Positions 52,397 through 64,000 of a stretch of DNA of 64,000 nucleotides are shown here, one piece after another (the stretch's first letter is position 1; every line of letters begins with the position of its first letter). The position numbers and the translations under genes are program-made. The stretch lies in assembly GCA_000708835.1 (NCBI GenBank), contig DF237183.1, forward strand, positions 62,001-126,000, read 5' to 3'. This DNA comes from Klebsormidium nitens (lineage: Eukaryota; Plantae; Klebsormidiophyceae). Below the pieces are notes generated by a model, which did not search any database, was not told the origin of the DNA, and saw only the letters and a program-made list of their open reading frames with translations.

Positions 52397-54273
52397 ACTG
52401 CAAACTTGTCCTATAGATTGTGTAAAGCTTTCAACTCCTAATCTCCCCTATCTCCGAGTACGAATTAAAGGAATGATCATACGAATGTTGCTATAAGCCG
52501 AGCACTCAAAAACAGTGTCTTTCCGAAACCGTCCATTGCGACCTTCAGACAAGGCAGGTCCCTCAATCCCTTTCCGGTTCAGAGCAAGCTATATCACGGG
52601 TTCAAGTTTGATCATGCTTAAGCACATGATCATGTCGCGTATGTCAAATCAACCTGAGCGCGCACTATGCATCATGGTGAGCTTTGCGCAATCAATGATT
52701 TCTGATCTATTTGATCGATGGCGCATTAAAGTTCAATTTTTCTGAGTTGCCGTGCATATGACTCGTGTCATGCTCACATTGAAAAGAAGCTTGACCGGTG
52801 TCACTAATGTCATGCGGTTGATGTTTCAGGAGATCGGTCCCTCGAACGCATCGCTCACTCCAATCCTCTCACGGCCCACGCCCTTTCATAGTATATATCA
52901 AGCAACAGTGCTTGTTGACAAGCTGCATCTGGATGAGCTACGAGCTGCCACTAGCACCTCGGGCCCCCCGTTTCGCGTCCCAATTGCTCTCGGCGTTGCA
53001 ATTTGCGGCTGCATAATGTGGGAGCCCGCACGCATCTTCGGATGCTCAAAAGGCTCGCGTCTGCTACGATCCAACAGAGGTGACCTGAGGGATGGCTTCG
53101 GAATGATGCACAACCAAGGCCGGAGCGCAGGCCAACTGGTCGACGATTTGTTGCATAGGTAAAGCGAGGGCGACGCGGCCCCTTGGAGGGTATTTAAAGA
53201 GTGCAAACGGGATCGCCGTTCCGAATCGGGAGCCACAAGCGCTGGATATGGAACCTGTTTGCGAGCGTCGGAGAGTATGCAACGAACTCAAGAGCCGACC
53301 TTGTGAAACCGCACGAAAATAGAGAGCTGAGTGTGAATTAAGGCGCGCCTCTTGCCCGGAACGTCAAAAGACTCACATGCAAGCCTTCACACTCCCTTGC
53401 CCGGCAAGGTCTGCAACCACAGCAACGCTATGCTCGTATCATCACCACTGTCGTACACACCTTTCGTGTACCCAGCTAGCGGTACACGCTAGTTTTATTT
53501 CACCACGGATTAACTAGGCATGTTGTATGATAGGGAACTCGCACAACGGCAAGCAGGTATATACTATACTTCGGTAGGTAATGTACGAAAGGCCGCGCTC
53601 GTAGAGCCTTGTACGTTGTACACTACGACCACAATTTGTTTTAGCCCAATAAGCATGAATCCGACTGTTTAGACATAAGATGCGAACTTAGTGGACGCAG
53701 TCGATACTGATTTTGCTGACAACCAACCAAACAGTCAGTACTTTAGTGCTACCTCTCTCTAGTATACATGCCCAAACCGGTTTGGGATGCGCATAACTGT
53801 ACTGACATGGTGCAAAACATTTCCAAGATTTTAGGTTGACAACTGATTCGTCATTCTCGCCACATCAACGCCATGGAGAGCGTTGTTAGAAAACAAGGGA
53901 AGTGTTTATTGGTCACTTTGTGCAAACTGGATTCAACTTTCAGCTTTGATATGGTGGTACACCACTCAACGTTTCTCTACCTTCAGCTTTTTCACTCCTG
54001 TTCTCTAGACTTACACAACGTTTCAACTCTCTCCGTCACTTGTGGTATAAGTATAATCGACTCTCGGCCTCGCTGGCTTTAATTTATACTGAAAAGACTT
54101 TTCAACTGAGAAACCATTAGCCTTTGGACGCCACGGCAGGTGCGGATAAGTAACTTCTGAGCATCAATTTGCCGATTTCCATTAGTCCAGGCTTCCTTAC
54201 AGGGTTTCAAGTCCTCGTTTAAATACTGAAAAGAAAAAGTTGGCTACACGAAATTTTCCCCACTGGCAGCCTT

Positions 54274-57200
54274 CTAAGCCTTGACCAAGGTGCTGCAGCA
54301 AAGACAAAACGACAGAAATATCTCAGTTCGAGTTCATCTGCAGTCTTCTGCAAACGGCTGCGACATGTTACAAAGCAGACATGATGCACAAGCAACTTGC
54401 TCTTTTCACACGTGTAATGAAACATCCGGAAGGAGCTATCCTCGAAAATTATGCATTCTCGACAATCCAATTAGCAGGTATCCCCGCCTTCGAATCCTTC
54501 CCAAACTCAGCCACCACAAGTGTTCGCTGGATACAGACAGTGCCGGGAGTAGAGACGCGCTCACCTGTTGTAGAGGGCGAAGGTGGCGTTGTGGGCAGCG
54601 ACGTAGTCGTACGGGTGCTTGATGTTGTTCTTCACAATGGCGTTGATGGTCTTGCTCAGACTCTGCAGCACGCAAGATGGGAAATCAGACTCGCCTCGAC
54701 GAAAAGGCAGAATATCCAGCTCAACTCGTTATATACATCGCGTCAGTCGGTCAGCCCAAGGGTCGGCTACTGAGGATGGTCCCGAGTAGGCCGGCTACTG
54801 GCACAGAGATTGTCAGCACTACGGAAAGGCCAACAGAAGACACCGAATGTCGTCGTCCCGGACGCCTCAGAAGACATGCTGGATCACGATAAGACAACGT
54901 TGTGGAGAAGTTCACGTATGCTTCTGAGGATATGCAGCCGTACTAAGGAAGCTCTTTTGATCGGCCGCAATGACAGGCGTTCGAGGAGGATCACATCGAG
55001 ACTGAGCTTCTGCCGCAACGTGCGCGCGCGCTCACGTTGAGGGTGGCCCGGACGGGGAGCCCGTTGGCGCTGGTGTTCATCTGGCGGATCATGGCGAGGC
55101 CCTGGTTGTCCAGGTACTTGGCGACGTAGTTGTTGTCGTCAGCGTACACCTTGCTGGGGGAGTAGACCGCGAACGACGTGATGGCCGCCGAGATGAGCGC
55201 CGCCACCAAGATCGTCAGAATCCACCCGCCGAACGTCTGCAAAAAGAGGGAGCACAAACTCGCGGGTCAGCACAGATAACAAGGGACATTCTAGAAGGTC
55301 AGAAACAAGGTGCAAAGTGTGGAAGGTTGGGAGGGGCAGAACTGGACGCGTCCAAAGAAAGATGGAAACAGTACAGGAGACAACATCGGACCAAAGCTCA
55401 AGCTTTGATGGAGAATCACTGTTCGTTCCAGATGTTGCAACTGAAATAGTTCGACCGAGAACTCTTCTCTCCCAAAAGAACTTAGCGGAATCGACCTTTG
55501 AAGACAAAACAGGCATGTGCCGCGAAGCAAGAGCGGTGCAGCCCGTACCCTGAACATGACCCTCCAGTTGACGCCCTTGGAACCCTCGAACAGCCCCATC
55601 GCGATGATGGCTCCCGTCAGCACCTGCGTCGTCGACACGGGCAGGCCTGCGCAAGCAACCAAGACAACCCGGGGTGAGCGCGGGGCGCACGACAGTCGAC
55701 CAGGCGCAAAGGGCGCGGTTTTGTTGCAGGAAGTCTTCAAACGAAATACCCAAGGCGGAGGTGACCACCCCGTGTCTCCGCGGGGAAGGGCCACCCAGGA
55801 TGAGAGGAACGAGCGTTGAGAAACACGGAAGCAAAGTCATCGGCAGATCCCCTAGAAAGGACGTGATCAGAGGCCGGAGCCTAAGAAGGAGACGGGTGGG
55901 AGGTCGCACCATAACGCGAGGAGAGGATGACAATGGCGGCGGTGGACAACTCGCAGCAGAAGCCGCGCGAGTTGGTCAGCTTGACGGACTTGACGCCGAA
56001 CACCTGCATGATCTTGTACCCGTACGTCGCGAGGCCAACCACGATACCCGCACCACCTGCAGTGAGACAAGCACGGCAATCAGCAAAGAGCTTGTGGCTT
56101 CAGTGCACAGAGCCTTTCATGACAAGGAGTTTTCATATTAGCGGAAAAGTACATACCAAGCAGGAACAACCGTGTCGAACATGAGAATCTGATTCGAAGG
56201 CCGCGAGTGTGCGACGAGCTGAGCAGGCCCTGACCATACGCCAGAATCCACTTCTCGACGCTGGACTTGGAGGGGACCTTGCTCGTGTTCCTGCAAGTAC
56301 AGTCAGAACATGAGAAGAGGGACAATCTGTAGAGAGTAGAGGTGGAGGGGAGAGGGCGACAGGACCGGCACTGGACATTAAGGTCCCACGGTCTTAGGAC
56401 GAAACACGAAGCACGAGAATCTGAAAGGAAACTTCTTGCCGAAGGCTGACGTGGGCTGTGAAAACCTCACAGCTGCGCATCATTCACTAACGAAGCAAGC
56501 TGAACGCCTCACTCGAGGACACAAGCTGACTCGAGGCAGCTTGAGAAGCGCCCTGAGGAAAGGATTTCTTTGTTGAGCTCACCAGATGGTGTAGATGGCG
56601 GAGTAGGGGCCCATGGCGTTGGCAACGTCGTTGGAGCCGTGCGCGAAGGACATGACCATGGCGGAGAAAACCTGCGCAAGCACGTGCCGAGGATGAGGAC
56701 GGCCGCAGCAAAAAAGATACCGAGCAAGTGCAGTGCACGTCCGACTGACTGACACGAGAGATTCACCGGATACAAAGCACCCAAACTAGTGAGCTTCCCA
56801 ACGCAGTCACAAGCCCAATACAAACTGGCGTTGCAGTTTCAAATTTTGACACCCTGATGAAACGCCCGGCACAGTTACGGGCATGTCTGGTGCGCGTGCC
56901 GTTACCTGGAGGTAGCGGAAGAGGCGCTCCGTCTTGAAGTCGAACACCTCGGCGCCCTCCCACATCTCGGCCACGTGGTCGTCCTTGGCGATGGCGTCGT
57001 GGATGTCGTAGTTGGCGCCGTACATGACAGTGCGCACCAGCGAGTTGCCGAAGATGACCTTGCCCGCACCCGTCTCCGCGAACTTGTTCACGCCCATCTT
57101 CTCCATTGAACGGTTCCACATCGTGTTCTTCGCTGCTCGAGGAGACAAGGCGGGAGCGTCGTTGAAAGCACTGCTTATGCCGACATTCTTTGAAACAGGT

Positions 57201-60200
57201 GTATTTCATGCTCGAAAGAAGCCAAGGTGCCGTGCGCGTCTGAAAAGCCTTGAAGCATGCACAGAACCATTTCGAAGTGGTAACATCCTGGCCACAAGCG
57301 CATGACACAGGTCTGGCTGCCCCTCACCATCCGCGGCAGCCTCCACATCCGCCAGTGCGCGCAGGCGGGCGGCCTCCTTGGGGTCCAGCTCGCCAGCCTC
57401 GATCTTAGCCTCCTCCAGCTTGCGCGCCTCGTTCACGCTGCAAAGATAAGCAAGGGGGGCTAAGGAGAGGGAGAGGAGGAACGTCAAAAGTGCTTCGAAC
57501 CACTGACAAATCTGATAAAACGAAAAAAATCTGGTATTGATGCTAGGAAATCTTCACGAAACGAGGCTTAGTGCCAACCAATCTCACCACTTCCCGACAG
57601 AAAATCTCACTTGTGATCCCAACCAGAAAAGAACTGCCACGAGTAAAAATGGCAGTTTTTCTTACAATCCCTTTAACACCTGTCCCAGTGGACGATATTG
57701 CTTCGCCTGCTTCGCCTAGACTGGGCGAACTCTCGTGACTACCTCTCAGGTTAGATGGCAGCTGTGGCTGCATGTGGCGGTGAGCAGAGCGTGCTCACCG
57801 GTTGTTCTCGTCGCTCTGCGCATGCACGGCCTTGTACAGGAAGGGCATGACGAGGACGATGGTGAGAAGTCCCATGCCGACAGCCACCACGACGCTGACC
57901 CACACCAGCTTGTCGTCGTGCACCTGCACACACAGCGCGCAACAAGTGTCAGCACGGAACACTTGAACCGCAGAAAATGGCAAACGCAGAAGGAGATAGT
58001 GGTCAAAGGCAGGCAACAAACAGCGGGGATGAACTTCTGTATCGTTTGTGTGATCTTCCTCCTGTAAATAACCTCCACACAGCAAGCTCAAAGCCAGGCT
58101 CTTCTCATGTCAATCCTTGAGCCTCAGGAAGGGCGGCCCTGGCAAGGTTGCAAGTGAAGACAAAGAGAGCGCGGGACTAAGGAGGCAAGGCGGGTGCATG
58201 CACACTGACCCTGTCCCAGCTGGCGTTCTTGTTGCCGGTCTGGATGATGAAGATGACCACCACGAAGAAGGTGCAGGCCACCAGGAGGGGGAAGAGCTGC
58301 AAGACACAAGCAGACACGCTGTCACCTACTTGCGTGGGTGCAAACAGCGCAGATACAGGGTAGAAACAAAGAGGGCAGATTTTAGGCTGACGCTATTAAC
58401 TATTAACTAGACTGGGTGAAGAACTTTGCAGGCAGAGAAAAGGCTTGTTCGTTCATCTCTGCTTGAGGCTGCACAGCAACGACTGCACTGGAATCGCAAC
58501 AGGCAGACCACGAAGGGGAGTTATCCTGCGAGATCTCGAGCTTGCTCACATAGAAGGCGCGGGTGAAGGAGTGAGGGGAGCGGAGGACAAAGGTGCGCAG
58601 CAGGCCGAACAGGATGGCCACTAGGGCGCCAGAGCACAGCGGAGAGATGACCCACTGCAGGGCACACAGACCAGGGTTAGCGCACAACCACAGACATGTG
58701 GCACCGCAGAGGGAAAGATGGACTTGGCTTCAGCAGACTTCAGGCAGAGAAGGTAGCGGATAACCAGACAGCATAAAAAACATACACGACACATAACCAG
58801 TCTCGAAGCAGATTCATGGCAATGACTGTTTTTTTAAGGTCTACTCAACGATGTTGCGCACAAGGTGGCAGCCACTTTCTCAACTCTAGTAGGCGCGAAC
58901 CAACCAGCACCCCAACGAGTTGTGGGGGGGTGTTGCAGAAACTGAGATAGTAGCAGTGGCAGTGCCGTACCTGGAGGAAGATGATGCTCATGCCCTTGAG
59001 GTAGGGGAAGTCGTTGTCGCGCGTCGCAGGGTTGATGTTCAACTTGCTCCACACCACAGCGTACCGCCCGCGGATCACCCACGCCATGCCAACCACAGCA
59101 CCAACTGCGGCCAGCAGAGGGAAAACAGTTATTAAGCTTGGCAAGAATCCAGCGGCAGAGAACGTACCAAGCAAAGAATCCAGAGGCAAAGCACCTATCG
59201 AACAAAGGACGCCATTCATTATATGCAGTCAACAGGGATAGACTGAAATGTACATTCCTGGAAAAATCCTTGCTCTGATGAACGGATCCGCCAGACCAAA
59301 CACTTCGTCTAAAGATGTTGTCCATGTTGTATTTTGGACTGGGAAGTGATTGTGCTCTCACGCTGCTAAGGCTGGCAAAGTACCTGTCGCACATGATAGG
59401 CCAGTGAAGAGAGACAATTGGTGTGCCGAAGCGGCGGCTGACCTGTGGTATGGGTAGTGGAGACGGGCAGCTCGAGGTGGCACGCGAAGTTGTCCCAGAA
59501 GGCAGCCGTGATCATCACCGCCAGCATGCCCATCATCAGCAGGTCTGCAACAGGGAAATGAGGAGTTATCACTCTCTGATCCTTCTTGATTTACAATGCT
59601 TTTCCGGAAACATCCAGGGGAGACTGCACTTATAGACTGACAGGCAGACGGCCCGTGCACGACGTGGATACTGGAACCCTGGGGCACTACTTGCTTGGTG
59701 GGAAGCATACCTCTCATGAGCACTTCCATCTATCCCTATTCAAAAGGAAAGTGTGAGCCTAAAGCAAGGACGAGTACTTAAGCCAGACTTCCTAGAAGGA
59801 GGGGAGCTATTGGAAGGCCAGATTCTCTTAGCCTTATGCTGCCTTTCCTCCTCTGCCAGACGCATGTGCCAGCAGTTGCCTACCTGGGGTGTTTGTGAAG
59901 AGGGATACGTTGGCAATCTTGGAGCGGATGGCTGCACACAGAGTGAAGGGGCCAGTCAGCAGTGACGATATCAGGCAGTAAACAGCCACAGAATTAGGTG
60001 CAGATAAGCACAGCCATGCCCATTCTTAAGCAGAGGATAGTAACTGTCTAATCAGGGGCTCTCAAACTAGGAATGATTGAAAGTGCTTCCTTCTCAACAA
60101 CACATAAGTTAGCGCTGTGTTCGTGCTTAACGAGCAGACCAAGATTCCCTTCATTGTGAATCACGCTATAATCGGCGTCTGCAAACCAGCTTGCAACAAG

Positions 60201-60902
60201 CCTCCCATGTTATACAGTGCAGAACAACCAATTGAACGGCTTTGTAGAGAGGAAGCACAATGGCTTGTTAACTGAGCCTTAGTGCAGCTTGACCCCAGAA
60301 GAAAAGGCCCAAGAGGCGCTTACTGTCAGTCACCCCCGCTCCGAGCAGCAGCGCCCCCAGGAACTCGCAAACAGCCGCCACCAGGAGCGCCTGGGGCATA
60401 GTCAGGGCCTTGGACCCCACAGACGTGGCAAAAGAGTTGGCCTACAAGCAGGGGGCAAAGGGAGCAAAAGCAGTTTAGAGAGAGGGTCCCATGAGGAAAG
60501 ATACCAAAGTGCTGAGGGGACAGAGATCACACCCAAGGTACCGCGAACAAGAACATGCAAGAGGTTACCAAAGCTGGTCACTCCCAGTCCTATCCAGGAT
60601 GCCTGACTGCTTTTCGGTCCCATATACATGCGGTGTTGCTCCAGGCAACTCTGAGAGAGAGACTGCTCTGGGACACTGTGTGACTATGCAAAGATGAGGA
60701 GTGAGAAGGAAACTTGCGAGAAGACCATACTCTGCGAAGGAAGTTACTCTTGCACAATCCTCTTGGCAACAGGGCGATGTTGCAGTACAAATACAGACTT
60801 GGCAGGTTAACTCACCAAGTCATTGGCTCCAATGCCAAAGGCGCAGATGAAACTGAAGATGGTAGCGATCACAAAGATCCATGTGTACTCCGTGTACTGC
60901 AT
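54274..60902 (-). CDS. PTB: PiT/PHO4-family (PTB-type) Na+/phosphate symporter, about 617 aa
   Basis: 17 frame-consistent exons: 60902-60816, 60441-60324, 59931-59884, 59544-59443, 59104-58971, 58654-58550, 58296-58210, 57923-57799, 57437-57328, 57135-56906, 56671-56583, 56290-56235, 56056-55910, 55646-55549, 55236-55036, 54662-54565, 54292-54274. Both PiT signatures are present (GANDLANSF, HGSNDVAN), plus LPVSTTH, LPVSTTQ and SRGFCCEL. A 5'UTR donor is likely near 61306. Confidence 0.96.
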
Positions 60903-62399
60903 CTTGGCGGCTGGCCCTCACAATAGGGGGAGGGGTAGTGGGAGCGGCAGCTGATAGGCTGGAGGAGAGCAGAAAACAAGACGAGTCAGAAGCAAGAGCC
61001 ACTCCTATCCCACTAACCATCTGGAGTACTTGGAATGAGTGTTGCCCTCGGTGCAAACCTACCTGATACAGGAACTAGGACCAGGCTACATTGTGGTCTA
61101 TGACCTGGACAAAGTGCTGGTGCAGTCTTGCAGATAACTCTCCCGCTCCTGTCTCCTGCCGCAGTTTTTTATCATCTGGGATGACAGTTCCACCTGATTG
61201 TGGCACCCTTCCAGCCTCTCAAGAACGAAAGTGAGTGGCACACTGTGAGGAACAAACAACACGTGCGGAACAGACCTGATGAGTAAAGGGGTAAATGTTA
61301 CCTTACCTGCAGGGGCTGTGCAGAGGTGCGGCGGCGGCGGAAAGCTGGCTAGCTGCAGATGGCTAAGCAAACCGTGGAAAGGTGCCAGCTTCAGTGACTT
61401 GCAGGAATACCGTGCACTAAAGACGAGCTCGGTGGTAAGGAGTCTCGGTGCACTTAAAACTTGGAAGGCGAGCTTGAATGCGAAATGGCCTTGATTGCGC
61501 CGAGTCGTCAAACTTTATTGCTGCTGCCTTGTGGATCCAAGAAATGCTGAGAACTGCAGCAGGGAATCCGATCTTTGAATGCCAGCGAAGTTGTTACGAA
61601 GATGTTCTCCACTTCCCAGAGAGCGGCTTGGAGGGGATCTTTGATTGACGTCCTACATATGGGCTGCATACCGTCAGCCTGACTTGAGCTCCGCTTCGGT
61701 TTGTGTGGCCGTACCAGTTTCAGGTTGCTACCCAGTTATGGCATAGGATGTCGTCGACGGCATAATATATGCAGAGTAAGTGGTCTGACTCGGGAGGCAT
61801 GTGTGAAATATGTGGTCATCCCCTGTGAAATTTCACTGCAAAGATGAAGTCATTTTGATATCTCCGAATATATCATTTCTCTCATTTCATGCTGCGTCAT
61901 GGGGTTAATGACTCAGAATGGAGGACCAAGAATTATCGTGCCGTTCTCAATCTTGGCTGCTTATGGGCATTGAAAACCCAGGAAGAGCTCAAGTGCTAGG
62001 AGGTTATGCCCAGAACACATGCCAATTTCCAGCCTGGTACAAGCGGTCAGGTCCGCCAAATGTGTGACCTTCGTCAGCATTTACGTTGATACATATGGTC
62101 ATAGCGAGCCCTCTGCTATGTCTCTCTGCTTGGCTTTTGAATCTTTATCGGGACCCACCTGCCATTGTCAGACAGAGGCTGCGCGCATTCCCACTCCACC
62201 GCTAGGCTCACCTCCCGGCATGCCGCATACCTACTACCGGTACATACTAAAGGTACTAAGCCAGTACTAGGTAGCTTGATCGACTCCTGACGACTCAGCC
62301 GGCTGGGACCCAACTTGCGAGGAGGGAGTGTTAAATGCCCGGCCAGGGCCCTCGGGGCATGTGAAGCAATATCTGGCATACGGCAATGCCCTCTCCGGG

Positions 62400-62700
62400 A
62401 CGAAAGCGCAATCCCATCGGCCATGCGATTGCAGTGATGATGCCGAGCATTGCCGACTCTGAAGTAAGTGGCGGTACCCACCACCTCGATCTGGTTCAGA
62501 CCACGGCATCTAGGTCAAGACCTCGTGTGGATCTTCACCGTTTGCAAGCACTGACCTAATGCTCAAAAACCACATGCTTATAATGGACCAACCGACTCCC
62601 TACCAGGCCACCGCGCAAGGTACTCCAGTCCTTTTGATCGAGACCGACGGTGCCCGGAGGAGAAATTCAAAACTCGGCAGGATATCCGGATTCTGATGCC
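62400..62700 (-). mobile_element. Possible degenerate retroelement fragments (chromodomain-like and RNase H-like peptides)
   Basis: RVLNF...HRRSRSKGLEYLARWPG resembles a chromodomain (leYLVkW.G); HCNRMADGIA resembles the RNase H N..AD.LA motif. The fragments are short, lie in different frames, and their order is not that of a chromovirus. Confidence 0.25.
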
Positions 62701-63505
62701 AAGCTTCTCACCATATGTACGGTTAGCTGTCTGACATCGTGTCACGGTACTCGAGGTAGGTAAACGAACTGGTACCGTCGGTGGGATCCGGCCAGGCCGA
62801 AAGGAATCTTTTGCCACCAGCCTGGAAGGAATCTTTTTCACTATGTCGCCATTTTTGTGACAAGAACCCACTCCTACCAAAGGGGCCAGTAGGATGTCCC
62901 GGGAAGATGGATGACTAGCGACTCTCAGAATCACCCAACCTTGGAAGATGTGCAGAAACACAATTTGGACCCTCTAAAGGACCCGAGCAAAATTGGTATT
63001 GGACGTTTTCTAGTGTTGGCTTTCAGAGGGAGACAAATCCGGCAAATTCGCTAAAGGGACTTGACAGCCACAGTGTCGGGACTCGGGAGGATTAATTGAT
63101 TATAGAGTTAGACGGTATAATCAAAGGCTCACGATAAACGGAGCCAAATAAATGCGCGAGCGAATTGCTCGCGACATCAATTCCTATCTACAGGTCCCCG
63201 GTACTGCACCCCGTGCGTACCGCGCCAGCTGTTGCCAACACGACGCCACGCCCAGTGCACTTCCCCAGCTGTCCCGCCAGCGCGACCGCGAGCATCCATT
63301 GCATGCACGCGCAAATCAAGGCGGGATCGGCCGACGTCGCATCAGCCAGGCGAAGATTGAAGACCTAGCGAGCATAACGTAGTGCAGATTGCAATGTAGT
63401 GAATGACTAAGGGCAAGGGCCCCATTTGTAGCTCATTCACAAATTCTCTTGCAAGCGAAATTGCTTGCGCAGTGACTTTTTCCCTCAAGACGCTCGGTCG
63501 CCACC

Positions 63506-64000
63506 ATGTCTAAGATACCTCGCCCGGATATTTCCCCAACAGCCTTTCAGGACGGGGATGAGGTGCTCGACTATGGGTCGGACAATGACCCGGAGAGCAT
63601 CGAGGTTCCTCTGGTGCGACACGACTCGGAGCGCCAAGCTGCTGCCGGTGGGGCCATCCAAGCAGGAGCCCAGCACACCGGACGCACCGATTCGGCATGC
63701 ACGAGGTGCTGAGGAGTCGACTCTCCCCCGGTTGGGGGGGAGAGGTCGCCCGCGCATGCGCGCCTTGATTCCACTTGGTGAGGACAATCCTCCAGCGAGT
63801 GGCCCCGTCAATCTTGGCATGCATGCAAGGGGGGGTCCCCCCATGGTATCTCGCGGGGGTGTATCGTTCAATGCTCGTATTCCCGGATTGGGTCAGGTTG
63901 TGTCCGATACTCGCCCTTCCCCTGCATCGGTCGAAGATTCGACCCTCATGCTTCAGTTGGCTCAGGCCCAGGCTCAGTTGGCAGCCAAGGAGGCCGAGCT
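63506..64000 (+). mobile_element. Intronless, interrupted ORF running off the window; possible Gag-like ORF1 of a transposon
   Basis: MSKIPRPDISP...DEVLDYGSD...CTRC*GVDSPP...LQLAQAQAQLAAKEAE. One in-frame TGA at 63710-63712, then open to 64000. No diagnostic motif inside the window. Confidence 0.3.

Overview
Intron-rich eukaryotic nuclear DNA with GC-rich exons and GT-AG introns. The gene set points to a streptophyte alga, Klebsormidium-like (inference). Gene models were built by hand from splice sites and frame checks. In order: the last exon of an unknown membrane protein (+); an AWPM-19-family membrane protein (+); a 12-exon group IV CDPK, CPK28-like (-); a Gly-rich repeat hydrophilin-like protein (-); a TA-flanked MITE; a soluble hybrid histidine kinase with a FixL-like PAS, HisKA, HATPase and REC (+); a CCHCR1/HCR-like coiled-coil protein (-); an unknown coiled-coil protein (+); PIFI (+), which carries a 1-nt frameshift; a 17-exon PTB/PiT-family phosphate symporter (-); and probable degenerate transposon DNA at the right end. 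The most striking unexplained pattern is that three unrelated genes carry tandem, decayed copies of a 3' splice site plus exon start just upstream of the functional exon. Most copies lead to a premature stop, one is open in frame, and one has mutually-exclusive-exon geometry. No rRNA, tRNA or CRISPR array was seen. Family assignments rest on motifs recalled from memory, not on database searches.
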